From Blastocladiella emersonii ATCC 22665 (lineage: Eukaryota > Fungi > Blastocladiomycota), in contig JANHCV010000011.1 of NCBI GenBank assembly GCA_025594325.1, positions 62,001-126,000 on the forward strand: DNA of 64,000 nucleotides, written 5' to 3'. Below the pieces are notes generated by a model that saw nothing but the letters and a program-made list of their open reading frames with translations, did not search any database and was not told the origin of the DNA. Positions 40,927 through 52,661 of the stretch are shown piece after piece. Each line of letters starts with the position of its first letter. The stretch's first letter is position 1. The translations under genes were made by a program, and so were the position numbers.

Positions 40927-43900
40927 CTAGCTGCCGTCTTGCCAGTTGTAACGGAGCGCCAGGGGAGGGCCGAATACACAATGACTAGCGAACGAGGATG
41001 TATGTGGTTGAACAGCAGGGAGCGAGAACAGAGTGCGAGCGAGCGGCGGCTCAACAATCCAAGACGTCACGGCGCACGTGCCAAACGCGCACGTGACACT
41101 ATCCCCCCCCCCTCCCCTCCTGCGGCGAGGGTCGGGGGCCAACGGGTGCGCGACGTGGAACTCGGCGAGCATCTCGAGGTGCTTGAGGTTCGCGTACGGC
41201 TCCCACGTGTTGTCAGTCTTGGGGCAGCCGTGCCACTTGACCAGGTACTTGACGCTGTGACCCGAAGCCGACCTGCGCGCGTCAATGATCGCCTCAACCA
41301 ACCACTCCTCGCGCCTGTTGACAACGTACGGCGCTGGCGGCGGCAGCGTGCGGCCCGGGAACGTGTCCTCGTTGTGCGCGACCACTGGCTTGATGAGCGA
41401 GACGTGGAACACCGGGTGGACGCGCGCCATGGTTGGCGGCAGCTCGAGCTCAATGGCCAACTTGCGGATGAGGCGCACAATCTTGAGCGGCTCCGTGTAC
41501 TTCTGCCCGAGCTTGGCCTTGGGCACGTCAACGCGCAGGTTCTTGGTGCTCAGCAGCACCATGTCGCCAACCTTGTAGTCGGGGCCCTTGCGGCGGCGTT
41601 GGTCGGCGTGCTTCTTGTACAGCTGCTTGGCGCGCTCGACCTTCTCAAGCAGCTGGCCCTGGATGTCGGCGATGCGCTTGGCCAGCGCCGCGGCCAATGG
41701 GACCCAATCTGACCGGTCCGTCGCCGCCACCAGCTGCGGGTCAAAGCCGTAGTTGACCTTGAATGGCGTCTTGCCCGTCAACTTGTTGCGCGCGTTGTTG
41801 ATGGCCATCTCGGCGTATGGCAGCAGCTCGACCCAGTTCGTCTGGTCCTCGTTGACGAACATGCGCAGGTACACCTCGAGGGTCTGGTTCATGCGCTTGG
41901 TCTGCCCGTCGGTCTGCGGGTGGTACGCCGTCGAGAGCTTGGCCTTGATCTCGAGCGACTCGCACATGGCCGACCAGAACCGCGACGTGAACTGCGACCC
42001 GCGGTCCGAAACGATGTCGGTGGGGAGCCCGTGCAGCCGCACGACGTGCTGGATGAAGGCCTTGGCGGTCGTGGCGGCCGTTGGGATTGCGGCGAGCGGG
42101 ATGAAGTGCGTCATCTTGGAGAAACGGTCGACCACGACCATGATGCACGTCATACCCTTGCTGCGCAGCAGGTCCGTGATGAAGTCCATGGAGACCGACG
42201 ACCACGGCCGCGCCGGCGTGGGCAGCGGCTGCAGCTTGCTGTTGGGTTGATGACGCGGCACCTTGGCCCGCGCGCAGGTGAGGCACGACTTGACGAACAG
42301 GTCGACCTCGCGGCGCATCCTGGGCCACCAGTACGACCGCCCGACCAGGTTGATGGTGCGCGCGACGCCAAAATGCCCCGCGACCCGCGTCGAGTGCGCC
42401 TCCTCGAGCACGTGCGTGCGCGCAACGCCCGCGGGCACGTACAGCTTGGCCTTGCGCCAGATGAAACCGTCGAGGTCGACCTCGAGCTGCGGGTACTTGG
42501 CCTGGTTGCGCCGCACCTTCTGCGCGTACTCGTTGTCGCGCATGCCGTCCAGAATCGCCACGCGGGTCGAGTTGCCGTCCTCCTCCCCCTCGCCGTCGCC
42601 CGCCGACGTGCCCAGCGTGGCGCCGACCGTGAGCGACGTGGCGGGAACGATCAAGCGGCCGAGCATCGGGTTGTCGCGCGCCTTGTAGTCGGCGCGGCGC
42701 GAGAGCGCGTTGGCGCGCCCGTTGATGGCGCCAGGCTGGTGCGTGAACCGGAACTTGAACCGCTCAAAGAACAGCGCCCACCGCGCGTGCCGCTGCGACT
42801 TGACCTTCATGGTGCGGAAATGCTCGAGGTTCTTGTGGTCGGTGAACACCTGGACCGGGTGCCGCGCGCCCTTGAGGTGGTGCCGCCACACCTTGAACGC
42901 GGCCTTGATGGCAAGCAGCTCCTTATCAAGCACGGGGTAGTTGAGCTCCGCCGCCTTGAGCGAGCGCGAGTGGAACGCGACCGGCCGCAGCTCGCCCGCG
43001 TCGTCGCGCTGCGCCAGCACGCACCCGATGGCGAAGTTGGACGCGTCCGTCTCAACCACAAACGGCTTGTCGGGGTCCGCGTGCACCAGCACCCCGCCCG
43101 TGGCGAACTGCAACTTGATGGCCTCAAACGCCACCGCCTCCGACTCGCCCCACCGCCACGCCATGTCCTTCTGCGTGAGCCGCGTGAGCGGCAGCGCCAG
43201 TTTCGAGAAGTCGGGGATGAAGTTGCGGTAGTAGTTAGCGAGGCCGAGGAACGACGGCACCTGCTTGACCGTCCGCGGCGCGGGCCACTCCATCACGGCG
43301 CGCACCTTCCCCGGGTCCATCTTGACGCCCGACGTGCTGACCACGTGCCCAAGGTACTCAACGCGCTGCACATCGAACGCGCACTTCTTGAGTTTGACGG
43401 ACAGGTGGTTGTCAAGCAGCCGCTGCAGCACCTCCTTGACGAGCGCCGTGTGCTCCTCCTGCGTCGCGCCGCTGTAGATCAAAATGTCGTCCAGGTACAC
43501 CACGACGCCGCGGTCAAGCAGGTCGCGGAACACGTTGTTGACGAACGCCTGGAACGCGGCGGGCGCGTTCGCGAGACCAAACGGCATCACCAGCCACTTG
43601 TAGTGGCCGTAGCGCGTGCGGAACGCCATCTTCCACTTGTCGCCCTTGCGGATCCGGACCAGGTTGTACGCGCCGCGCAGGTCGAACTTGGTGAAGAACC
43701 GCGCGCCCTGCAGCTGGTTCATGAGCTCCGAGATGAGCGGCAGCGCGTACCGGTTCTTGACCGTCAGGTTGTTGAGGCGGCGGTAGTCGACGCACATGCG
43801 CCGCAACCCGTCCTTCTTGGGCACGAACATGATCGGGGCGCCGGCCGGCGACCGCGACGGGCGGATGAAGCCGCGCGCGAGGTTCTCGTCGATGGTCCTG

Positions 43901-45000
43901 CGCAGCTCGTCGAGCTCGGTCTGCGACAGCGGGTAGATGGGCAGGAACAGCACCTTGGCGCCCTTGACGAGCTCAATTTCGCAGTCGTATGGCCGGTGCG
44001 GCGGCAGCGCGGACGCGGCCTCGGCGTTGAACACGCGCGACCACTTGGCGTACTTGAGCGGTAGCGTGACCTTGGGCGCGTCGCCGCCGTCGTCCGACCC
44101 GTTGGCCTTGTCCCACTCGTCCGGGTCAACGTCGGCGCGTACCAACGCCGCGGCCACCGTGACGCGCTTGCCCGGCGGACAGCCGCAGCAACCCGCACAG
44201 CCGCCGTCGATCTCGACCTCGCGCGCGCGCGGACGCGGGTCCGCTCCATTTGCAACGAGCCACTCGAGGCCAAGGATCACGGGAAACGCGGGCGAGTCGA
44301 CGACCAGGAACCGCGCGACTGAGCAGTGGAGACACGGGATATCAATCGCTTTGTTGGCGTCACCGTCTCGGCGGTGCGGCGGAACGTACAGCTCCGGTTT
44401 CCCGCCCTTGGGCGGAACGACGCCATTGCCAAACATGGCCGTCGTGCCCGCGAGCGCCGCATGCATGAACTTGGGGGACGTCACCGACACAACCACCCGC
44501 ACGGCGTGCGTGATGTACTGCTGCCCCGCTGCAGCCCCGACCACGCCGCGCAAATCGATCCAGCGCGCCAGACGCTCCGTCACGAGCCCGACCCGCTCGG
44601 CCAGGGAGCGGCTAATGAGGTTGACAGGGGCGCCCGTGTTGAGCATCATGAACGAGAGCGCTGGCGCCTTACTCAAAGAACCCAGACACAACAGCGCGCC
44701 GCCGAGATGAAGATGAGCTCCTGGCGACGACTCTAGACGCACAACAGCACCAATGTACGAAAGGAGGGCATTTTCATTAGTCTTCGTCACAACACCAACA
44801 GCGTCGGCTCCGAACGCGCCGACCTCCTCCTCCTTGGCGACCGCCACCGCGGCCACCACTTGCGTACCACCACCCGAATCAGCAGGTTTTGGTTTCAAGG
44901 ACGTCGCGGCCTGCTCCGCTACGCCCGACCGCCATTTCCCGACTCCTGCTTCTTTGGGCAGCGGCGCGCAATGTGCCCCATCTCGCCGCACGTCCAGCAC
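40927..45000 (-). CDS. pol: Pol, mirror copy
   Basis: Identical except codon NKR vs NGR. Confidence 0.95.
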   Translation of the reverse strand: MLDVRRDGAHCAPLPKEAGVGKWRSGVAEQAATSLKPKPADSGGGTQVVAAVAVAKEEEVGAFGADAVGVVTKTNENALLSYIGAVVRLESSPGAHLHLGGALLCLGSLSKAPALSFMMLNTGAPVNLISRSLAERVGLVTERLARWIDLRGVVGAAAGQQYITHAVRVVVSVTSPKFMHAALAGTTAMFGNGVVPPKGGKPELYVPPHRRDGDANKAIDIPCLHCSVARFLVVDSPAFPVILGLEWLVANGADPRPRAREVEIDGGCAGCCGCPPGKRVTVAAALVRADVDPDEWDKANGSDDGGDAPKVTLPLKYAKWSRVFNAEAASALPPHRPYDCEIELVKGAKVLFLPIYPLSQTELDELRRTIDENLARGFIRPSRSPAGAPIMFVPKKDGLRRMCVDYRRLNNLTVKNRYALPLISELMNQLQGARFFTKFDLRGAYNLVRIRKGDKWKMAFRTRYGHYKWLVMPFGLANAPAAFQAFVNNVFRDLLDRGVVVYLDDILIYSGATQEEHTALVKEVLQRLLDNHLSVKLKKCAFDVQRVEYLGHVVSTSGVKMDPGKVRAVMEWPAPRTVKQVPSFLGLANYYRNFIPDFSKLALPLTRLTQKDMAWRWGESEAVAFEAIKLQFATGGVLVHADPDKPFVVETDASNFAIGCVLAQRDDAGELRPVAFHSRSLKAAELNYPVLDKELLAIKAAFKVWRHHLKGARHPVQVFTDHKNLEHFRTMKVKSQRHARWALFFERFKFRFTHQPGAINGRANALSRRADYKARDNPMLGRLIVPATSLTVGATLGTSAGDGEGEEDGNSTRVAILDGMRDNEYAQKVRRNQAKYPQLEVDLDGFIWRKAKLYVPAGVARTHVLEEAHSTRVAGHFGVARTINLVGRSYWWPRMRREVDLFVKSCLTCARAKVPRHQPNSKLQPLPTPARPWSSVSMDFITDLLRSKGMTCIMVVVDRFSKMTHFIPLAAIPTAATTAKAFIQHVVRLHGLPTDIVSDRGSQFTSRFWSAMCESLEIKAKLSTAYHPQTDGQTKRMNQTLEVYLRMFVNEDQTNWVELLPYAEMAINNARNKLTGKTPFKVNYGFDPQLVAATDRSDWVPLAAALAKRIADIQGQLLEKVERAKQLYKKHADQRRRKGPDYKVGDMVLLSTKNLRVDVPKAKLGQKYTEPLKIVRLIRKLAIELELPPTMARVHPVFHVSLIKPVVAHNEDTFPGRTLPPPAPYVVNRREEWLVEAIIDARRSASGHSVKYLVKWHGCPKTDNTWEPYANLKHLEMLAEFHVAHPLAPDPRRRRGGGGDSVTCAFGTCAVTSWIVEPPLARTLFSLPAVQPHTSSFASHCVFGPPLALRYNWQDGS

Positions 45001-46388
45001 CCCGCCGGGGGCCTCGGCTGCAACTGCTGTGGCAGCGCCACCGACGGAAGACGCTGGTGCTGGCCTGGGCAGCGCGCGGTGACGGCGCCGATGTCCATGG
45101 GCTCGCCGGCGTACTCCTCGACCTGGTGCGGGACCGCGAATGACGGCTGAGCCGCCGCGAATGACGGGCGCGGCGCGACTGGCATCAAGTACTCCTCGGA
45201 CGCCTCGTTGGCCGCAAAGGCCGCGACCATGCCCTCAAAGTCCTTGGCCTCGTACGCGGCGTTGAACTGCGCGTTGCCGCCCAGCGTGACGGCCGGGTGC
45301 ACCACGGTGCGGGAGTGCTTGCGGCTCAGCTGCTCTGAGACCATGTCTCCCGACATGGCCATGAGGCGGCGGTACTTGTCAATGATTGTGCCGGCCGCAT
45401 GCGTGCCGCGGACGTACTTGAGGTCCATGAACTCCTGGAAGTACACGCGCGGAAGCTTGTTGGGCGGCAGCAGCGTGCGCACGGTCTTGGCAAACGCCTC
45501 AAACGACTTGCCGTTGTCGGCCCAGTCTGCACGCCTGTGGAACGCCGCGCCGACTGTCTTCTTGGCCTTGCCCGAGAGCATGACCTGGAACCGCCGGATC
45601 TTGTAAGCCTCGTCGGCGCCGGGCGAGTACTGGATGGCGGACAAGTACTGCTTGAGGCCCACCTTGAGCGACATCTTCTCACTGTCAATGCTGCCCATGG
45701 CCGTCAGCAGGTCCGTGGTGGCCTTGGACAGCTGCGAGTCGTCAGGGCGCCGCTTGGTGTTCTCCTGGTGCAGCGCGAGCAGCGCGGCGTGCAGCTCGTC
45801 AATCTTGTTCCAGGACTTGACCGACTTGGCCAGCTCGGCAGTCAGCTGGCCCTGCGCGCGGTCGAGCATGTCGCGCACGCCGTCCGCCTTGGTGCGCTGC
45901 TTGCCCGACTCAATCACCGCCTTGGTGCGAGCCGCCTCGGCCGCCTGCGCCTGCTGCTGCGCCGCTGCGAGTTGTTGCTGGATCTGGTTGTACTGCGCCG
46001 CCGTCTCCACGACGGTCGCCTGCTGCTGCTGCAGCTCTGACTTGAGGTTGCCAACCTGCATCGCCAGCATGCACACGGCCTGGACGGGGTTGAGGTTCTT
46101 CTGCGCGAGCGACTGCTGCATGAACTTGACGTGCACGGGCGTGAGTTCCGCAAGCACAGGGCAGTCGCCGACGATCTGTTGAGCGGCCCTGTTCGAGTAG
46201 CTCATGGTGTGAGCCGACTGGGTAGGCTGTTCAAAGTGTAACGGAGCGCCCGGGGAGGGCCGAATACACAATGACTAGCAAACGAGGATGTATGTGGTTG
46301 AACAGCAGGGAGCGAGAACAAAGTGCGAGCGAGCGGCGGCTCAACAATCCGAGACGTCACAGCGCACGTGCCAAACGCGCACGTGACA
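40947..46388 (-). mobile_element. Chromovirus, mirror copy
   Basis: Reverse complement of 18498-23939; shares the LTR-specific differences checked. Confidence 0.98.
44919..46205 (-). CDS. gag: Gag, mirror copy
   Basis: Reverse complement of 18681-19967. Confidence 0.93.
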   Translation of the reverse strand: MSYSNRAAQQIVGDCPVLAELTPVHVKFMQQSLAQKNLNPVQAVCMLAMQVGNLKSELQQQQATVVETAAQYNQIQQQLAAAQQQAQAAEAARTKAVIESGKQRTKADGVRDMLDRAQGQLTAELAKSVKSWNKIDELHAALLALHQENTKRRPDDSQLSKATTDLLTAMGSIDSEKMSLKVGLKQYLSAIQYSPGADEAYKIRRFQVMLSGKAKKTVGAAFHRRADWADNGKSFEAFAKTVRTLLPPNKLPRVYFQEFMDLKYVRGTHAAGTIIDKYRRLMAMSGDMVSEQLSRKHSRTVVHPAVTLGGNAQFNAAYEAKDFEGMVAAFAANEASEEYLMPVAPRPSFAAAQPSFAVPHQVEEYAGEPMDIGAVTARCPGQHQRLPSVALPQQLQPRPPAGCWTCGEMGHIARRCPKKQESGNGGRA

Positions 46389-48590
46389 CCAGTGGCGACC
46401 TGAGCTTCAGCCCACGCTGCGCGCTTCGCGCGCCTTTTTGCGTCGCGGCGATCTTCATTAGACTGCGTCAACGTTGCTCCATGTGTAAGAACGTCCGGAT
46501 CTCTTAGGAGATGGACATGAGCAACGCGCAGCCCGTGCAGCGACTTCGTGGTGAGGCGCAAAGGAAATCGAGCTTTGGGTGGGGTCAGGTGACTGGTCGC
46601 TAGGGCCGCGTCCACCAAATCACGTGGACCAGGTTTTTTTCGGGGAGACCACTGGGGTTGAGCCCAGCACAACAATTTTGAAAATTTGCGCATCAATTTG
46701 TGAATTGCTCGCTCGCTCCTCAGCACCCCTAATTGGTCATTACTTCGGCCAACGATTAGCAGCACTAAACTTGCGCATCATCAAGTGAAGATAAATCTAG
46801 CGCAACGTTTTGTAAACAATTGGACCTGAAGCTGCTGCCCAGGCTGACCTGCAGGCCATTCACTACTCAATAGAGTGAAAAATGATGAAGCCTTGGATAT
46901 TCTCTCCATCAATATGCAAGGTCCCAGGTTTGCAATGAATTAAAGTTCAGTGCTTAACAGGCACCAACGCCCTGAGGTTGGCTTCAATCACATGCTCAGT
47001 GAGCTTAAGCCCAGTTGCTCTGGCCAATGTCAAGGTCAAGGTCAGGATTAAGTGGGGGGATGGGCCAAGTTCACAAACCATGGTAGAATCAGGCCTTAGT
47101 TTGCGTGACCACATTTGCATATATATTTTTTGCCCTGGTCATGTGTGATAAGTACATTTTCCTATACTAGAAAAGGTACTTTACAAGGTTAAGTTTAGTG
47201 CATGATATAGCTACATGAGGGCGTTCCAGCCTGGTGTTGATATGGCTGGGGCAGGCCACGTTGCCTACAAAGCAGGAGGACAGGAGGATACTGCCTATAG
47301 ACAACTGGGCCAGCCAGAAAGGAAGGGAGTGGGAGGCAAAGGTTTTGCATTGGGGGTAGGCGCTAGGTGATGCGTTTGTCAGGGCATGTCACAAGGTTGT
47401 AAATAATTCTGCATCTTGCTCACAACGCACTGCTGATCTGTCAACTATTTCCAGTGACTGGACTGGCTTTGTAGCTTTGTAGGACGTGAAGCATAGTTGA
47501 AAAGACTTTAAACTCCATTGGCGTAACCCTATTAGAGGAGTTACAAAAGTCGCAGCCAGGGAGTTGACCTCTGGGACTCAGCCTGTGACACTCCACCACC
47601 ACACCAGTCATGCGCTGGCCCATCCACTGCACCTTTCACTTCACCTCTGGCTGTCCAACGTGCACATGCTGTTATTTTGCGCCATTCTTTGCTGGCAGGG
47701 CTAATGTGCACCACACCGCTTTGTGCCACAGACGTTGGCTTGACAGCAACACACACATGGTCTTGCAGAAGCGACCTTGGGCCTTGTACGCCGCCTGCGA
47801 CCATGGTGTCACGCGGCATATGACATCCCATGGCCCGCTGCTTGCTGCGTGGTAGCCACAAGGGCGAGTCCTTATACTCAGTGTGGTGTCTAGCCAGCTA
47901 CGCGGCCACCGCCTGTCCAGCGTGGTTGACAAGGCTCGGGTGTTGGCCTGCAGCGCGCCCAAGGGTGGATTTTGACGTCTGTACGCAATCATGGCCGTGA
48001 TGGTGTACTATATGCTGCGCTTGGAACTCGCACTGTCTCAGCTGGCAAGCGTGATGCTCTCGTGACGCTGCTCGGCTATGACTAGCGCAGCAGCAATCCT
48101 GTTCAGTTGTTCTCAGTTGATTGTGTGCTGGATATCATGTCCCTTGTACACGTTCATACATTTCTACTCATTGCCTGCGCTGCCTCAGCCGTCGCGCTCC
48201 TTGCTAAGCAACAGGGAGAGAGGCGCTGTGCAGCCTCAGGCTTACTGCAGGGAGAAGCTCCTATCTGCCGCAGTCCATGCAACAGCTGCACGTCTAGCCG
48301 CTCCGTCCTGAGCCTCATATTTTTGTGAGGTTAGCGTTTGTGGTCAAAGAGGGGGAAGCGCAGGGTGGACAGTCGTGCAGGCGCGGTGGAGCGAGGTGGG
48401 CAGTGTGCAGTGCAGGGCAGGGCCCAGAGAGCGCTTCATCAGGTGCTAAATCAGGAGCGTGTATTGCTGCTTGGGCCCGGGACTGCAGGGCCAAAGTCCC
48501 CGATGCGCCCTGTAATGCGTCGCTTTATTGGACGCATTTATTGCCCCGCCCGAGACTTGTCGAAATCCTCTATTGAGGAGTTAAACAAGA

Positions 48591-48662
48591 GGGGGTGTAG
48601 CTCAGTGGTAGAGCGCTCGCTTCGCATGCGAGAGGCCCCGAGTTCGATCCTCGGCTCCTCCA
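48591..48662 (+). tRNA. tRNA-Ala(CGC), mirror copy
   Basis: Reverse complement of 16224-16295. Confidence 0.94.
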
Positions 48663-51600
48663 CTTTTGCCGCCCACCAAGATGTGTTTTTGCAACTGCCT
48701 GCCTTTAAACCCTCTATTTATTGAAGGAAGCTAGCGTAAGTGTATCTTTCGCCGACACGGCAAGATGTGTGTGTGTTGGGTAAATATGTGCTTTTCTGGA
48801 TTGCAGTGACAGGTTCTATCCAATTGCTTGCAGCACAAACAATACCTACTTCCGCTGTGACGGTTTTTGACCACCGCCTTAATTGGTCGCCTCTCATTCG
48901 CTCCTGTCAGTCATTGTTTCCATCCTGTTGTCATCCAGAACGTCATACAAGAAAGGAATAGGAACCACAGGCATGATCACAGGTGTACCTACTCTGCCAG
49001 CTTCATCAAGGTGGTTGTTGTGCTGCCTTCTTTGCCACTCTCTACTGTTTCATGGAGCAATGCAGCCATCTGAACTGTGGCGCATGTGAATGTGATGCCA
49101 CTGGTGTCTTGTCTTGCACACATGTGTTTGTGCTTGTGTTTGTGTCTGGAACTACTTCAACCAGAGGGGCAATCCGCCTGGTCCTTGTGGAAGATGATCA
49201 TTTATTTTGCCACGTAATACTTGCCCATCCAACCACCCCTGGAACCCTGACCTTTACCCATACCCTGTCTGCCAATTTGGTGCAGTACACTTCCTGCTCC
49301 ATGGCAGGCGCGTGGAGGTAGGCTTTGTGCTTGACAACTGTGTGTGCAAGCTTGCTGCAGGCTTCACTCACTGCCCAGATCCCCCTTGCACAGCTGCACA
49401 TGGCACTGCAAGAATCCCATCTGCAGCTACACGTGACCATCTCATACACAGAAGTCTTGTGCAGCATCAAGACAAGTAAGTGGTGCGATTCCCTTAGCGT
49501 TTGTGGGGTCAGCAAAAAGTGTGGCCACACAACATCCCAGCTCATGCATTGCAACCCGTATGGCATCCATCACCTGCTCAGTGCACTGTCAAACGCAATG
49601 TGCTGTGAAGGTCAATGTTTAAGAGCTGGTTTGTGTAGATTGGCTGGCCTACTTGCACATGGTGGCAGTGATGTGTTAGGTGTTGGCCACAGCTTCCTTA
49701 ATGTTGCAAATGCAATGCTGCAACAGTGTGGTCTCCTGGTGTGCTGCATCAAGTTTTACTGGTGCTGTCAACTTTGGCGTGCCACATTGGGCTCTGCACA
49801 AATGCTTGGTAAGGCTCAAGCCATAGACTTCACACTAAGCAGAGTAGAGGCTTTCCACCTGCCAGTAAAAAAGCTGTGCAGCTCAGATCAGCAGCCATCT
49901 TGGCGGGGCAGCCATTGAGCAACTCAGGCAAGAGGGCAAGCCAAGTGCTGGTAATTGGCAGGGGCAAGGTACGCTCCGCTCCCAAGCAGTTTCAGGTAGT
50001 GGGGCGCGGTTACATAAATGAGTGAGTATATTTTATTGCATTGCGTTGGGAGAGCGACAGCTTCCTGTCCCCACTTCCTCCTTCCAGCTGACTAGAAGAG
50101 TTGCGGAAAGTCCAGTACTGGACTTCAAGCGTTAGCTGGATGAGGGGTGAGCGGCAGCACCGCAATGCACAGGGAGCGGGCCAAAAAAAAAAAAATAAAA
50201 TAAAATAAAATAAAAAAAAAAAAAATAAAAAAAAAAAAATAAAAAAAAATAAAAATAAAAATAAAAATAAAAATAAAAATAAAAAGAAAAATAAAAAAGA
50301 AAAAGAAAAATATAACAATAAAATAAAAATATAAAGGGCCCGCGCGCAACTCGAGTCCCTCACTTTTCTCAGGCAGCCGAGCGCGGTACCAGAGTTTGAG
50401 AGCAAACCTCAGCTTCGTTCCCACTAATTCTTCAGCCGCTCGCAGCCCTTGATGGCTGGTGTTCCATGCCGCGACTCGTTTGTGCATGTTCTCAGCAGTA
50501 GGCTGAGTTTCTCCCAAACTGAATTCGGCTTGAAGCTGGGCTATCAGTAAACTCAACTTTGTGCTGTTCTCCACGTGATGCTCCCGCCTCCGACTCCAGC
50601 TACAACCTCAAAGCTACGACCCCTTGTTCTCCAAATTTGATTGTAACCCTGACTGTCCAACTTCCGGCAATATCTTTGGCTCTCCCTAAGAAAAAAATTC
50701 TGACACTACTCTCTTCCCGCTCTGACCACCAGTACTCCAGTTCTCTCTGTTGCTGAGCCCTCCAATATCCGCCCTTCTACCTCCGCATTTCCAACGCTTC
50801 TGGCTACTACTCAGTGCATTAAAGCTCCAGCTTGGACGGTTTCGCGCCTCTGACTCCACGACCAGCTTGATTTGGCCGCGAGGCTCTGAACAGGACGGTG
50901 GTGGCATAGCGGGTGGCGCAGCAGGGTGGTGGCGCAGCAGTGGGAGACGCGTCACCAACTGACTGCTCCAATCTCTGCCTCATGCACTCTGACTCCAACT
51001 CGAGCTCTAGCGCTCCAACTCCATGCATTAGTTTCCACTGCCTCTGATGAAAATTCCTATACTGTTCGTATGACTAGGCGATCTGCTGAGTCAGTTTTGA
51101 GGTGAGTGGCGTGCTGGAGTGGAAGCGCACCAATGTCTCCCACTGCTGCACCTGGCTGCAAGACATTAACCATCGCGAGATACGCCGCGCTTTGACTAAT
51201 CTGAAAGAGATCCTTGACTTTGAATGAGTTGATCTTGTCCGCAATTCCACGTGGTCTGAGCTGGTCAACGGCGACTCACAACCTTGGAACTGGTGCAATA
51301 GTTGGCGCACAAGGGAAACCGACAGCCAGCCATGAACGTTCAAACTGATGCCAAAGTTGGACGCGAAGGGTGGGTCGCGCTGGACACGGCATCCGCAGGC
51401 CTATAGAGTGCTGTAAGTTGGAGTGGGGACGCCATTGGGTGTCAATCAAAACCCCGTTTTCAGGCAGGTAAGGTGCCACGTGAGCGGCAGCGCAGGTTGC
51501 AGCCCCACCCGCGTGCGAAAATCAGCTCCCCTTCGCTGAGCAACGCAGCTTCAGCGCTGGGACTTTTTTGGTGGGTGAAATAAATGCTTGGCAATCATTT

Positions 51601-52236
51601 TATTAAACAAACCTGTAACTCGCACACTTGGTTGAAGCCAGCTAAGTAAAAATGCAGCAAGGTGATGGCGCAACAAGCACCTTCACTTGCGCGGCAACTT
51701 CCTGCTTTCTTCGCAGCTCAAAAACGGGGTTATGATTGACACCCATTGCCACGTTGCACTAACTAAAACCCAGACTGGAAATATATTTTTTCTTGGCACA
51801 CATGAGTAGAGGGTATATCCTGGTGATGGAGTAACATCTAGTGCCCTTGCGTTTGGATGAGGAGGTTCTGGTTAAATTACAGCTATGCAGAAATTCCTGG
51901 AATTGGCAGGAACTTTCTTAGAAGTCAGTCCTTTTGGTAGCTCAATTCTTCTCCCTGAGCATTTTATTTTCGTTCTTTGCACTGACCATCTGCCTCTCAC
52001 CGCTCTCTGCCTGCTTGCCCCCAGTCATCCAAGTTCCGCTCCTCCCCTCTCTCAAGACCACGTGCGGAAAGGCTCCCCCATGTTGGGGAATCGGACAAAA
52101 ACAAATCCGCTACAGCGTTTCTATCCCTACAGCAGGTGCTTGCTCTTGACCGCGCTCTTTGACGCGACCTTTTGTGTTCAGATAACTTCAAAATCTTATA
52201 CTATCTATATAATGCTAAATAGTTCCCAGAACGCAG

Positions 52237-52308
52237 GCCGCCTTAGCTCAGTGGTAGAGCGTTGCTCTCGTAAAGCAAAGGCCGGGTGTTCGATCCTCCC
52301 AGGCGGCA
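52237..52308 (+). tRNA. tRNA-Thr(CGT), mirror copy
   Basis: Reverse complement of 12577-12648. Confidence 0.94.
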
Positions 52309-52661
52309 ACGTTTTGCCGAACCCCTCGGGGTATACCTTGGTTGAGTTTGCAGGGAAAGGTGAGTATTCTTGTCAGCCACGGGAGGTCCTGAAAGAAAAA
52401 GGGAATCACTCTTGGCGCCTGTTTAGTTGATGTTGGGTGCCACGTCAGATCCAAACTGTAGGAAAAGCAATGGTTGGGGGGGGGGAGGGCTTGGCAGCGC
52501 CAGCCAGCTTTGTGCAAAAAGGTGATGATAATGACCCACCAAGGTTGGCAGGACCGGCTGCAGCAGTTGTGGATGCGCCCTTTTACCAGCAACAGGACTG
52601 ATTGGCTAGCGTGCTAGCATGGAGAGGAGCAGTAGGAGCCTCCTGTGGTGGTTTCAACAAT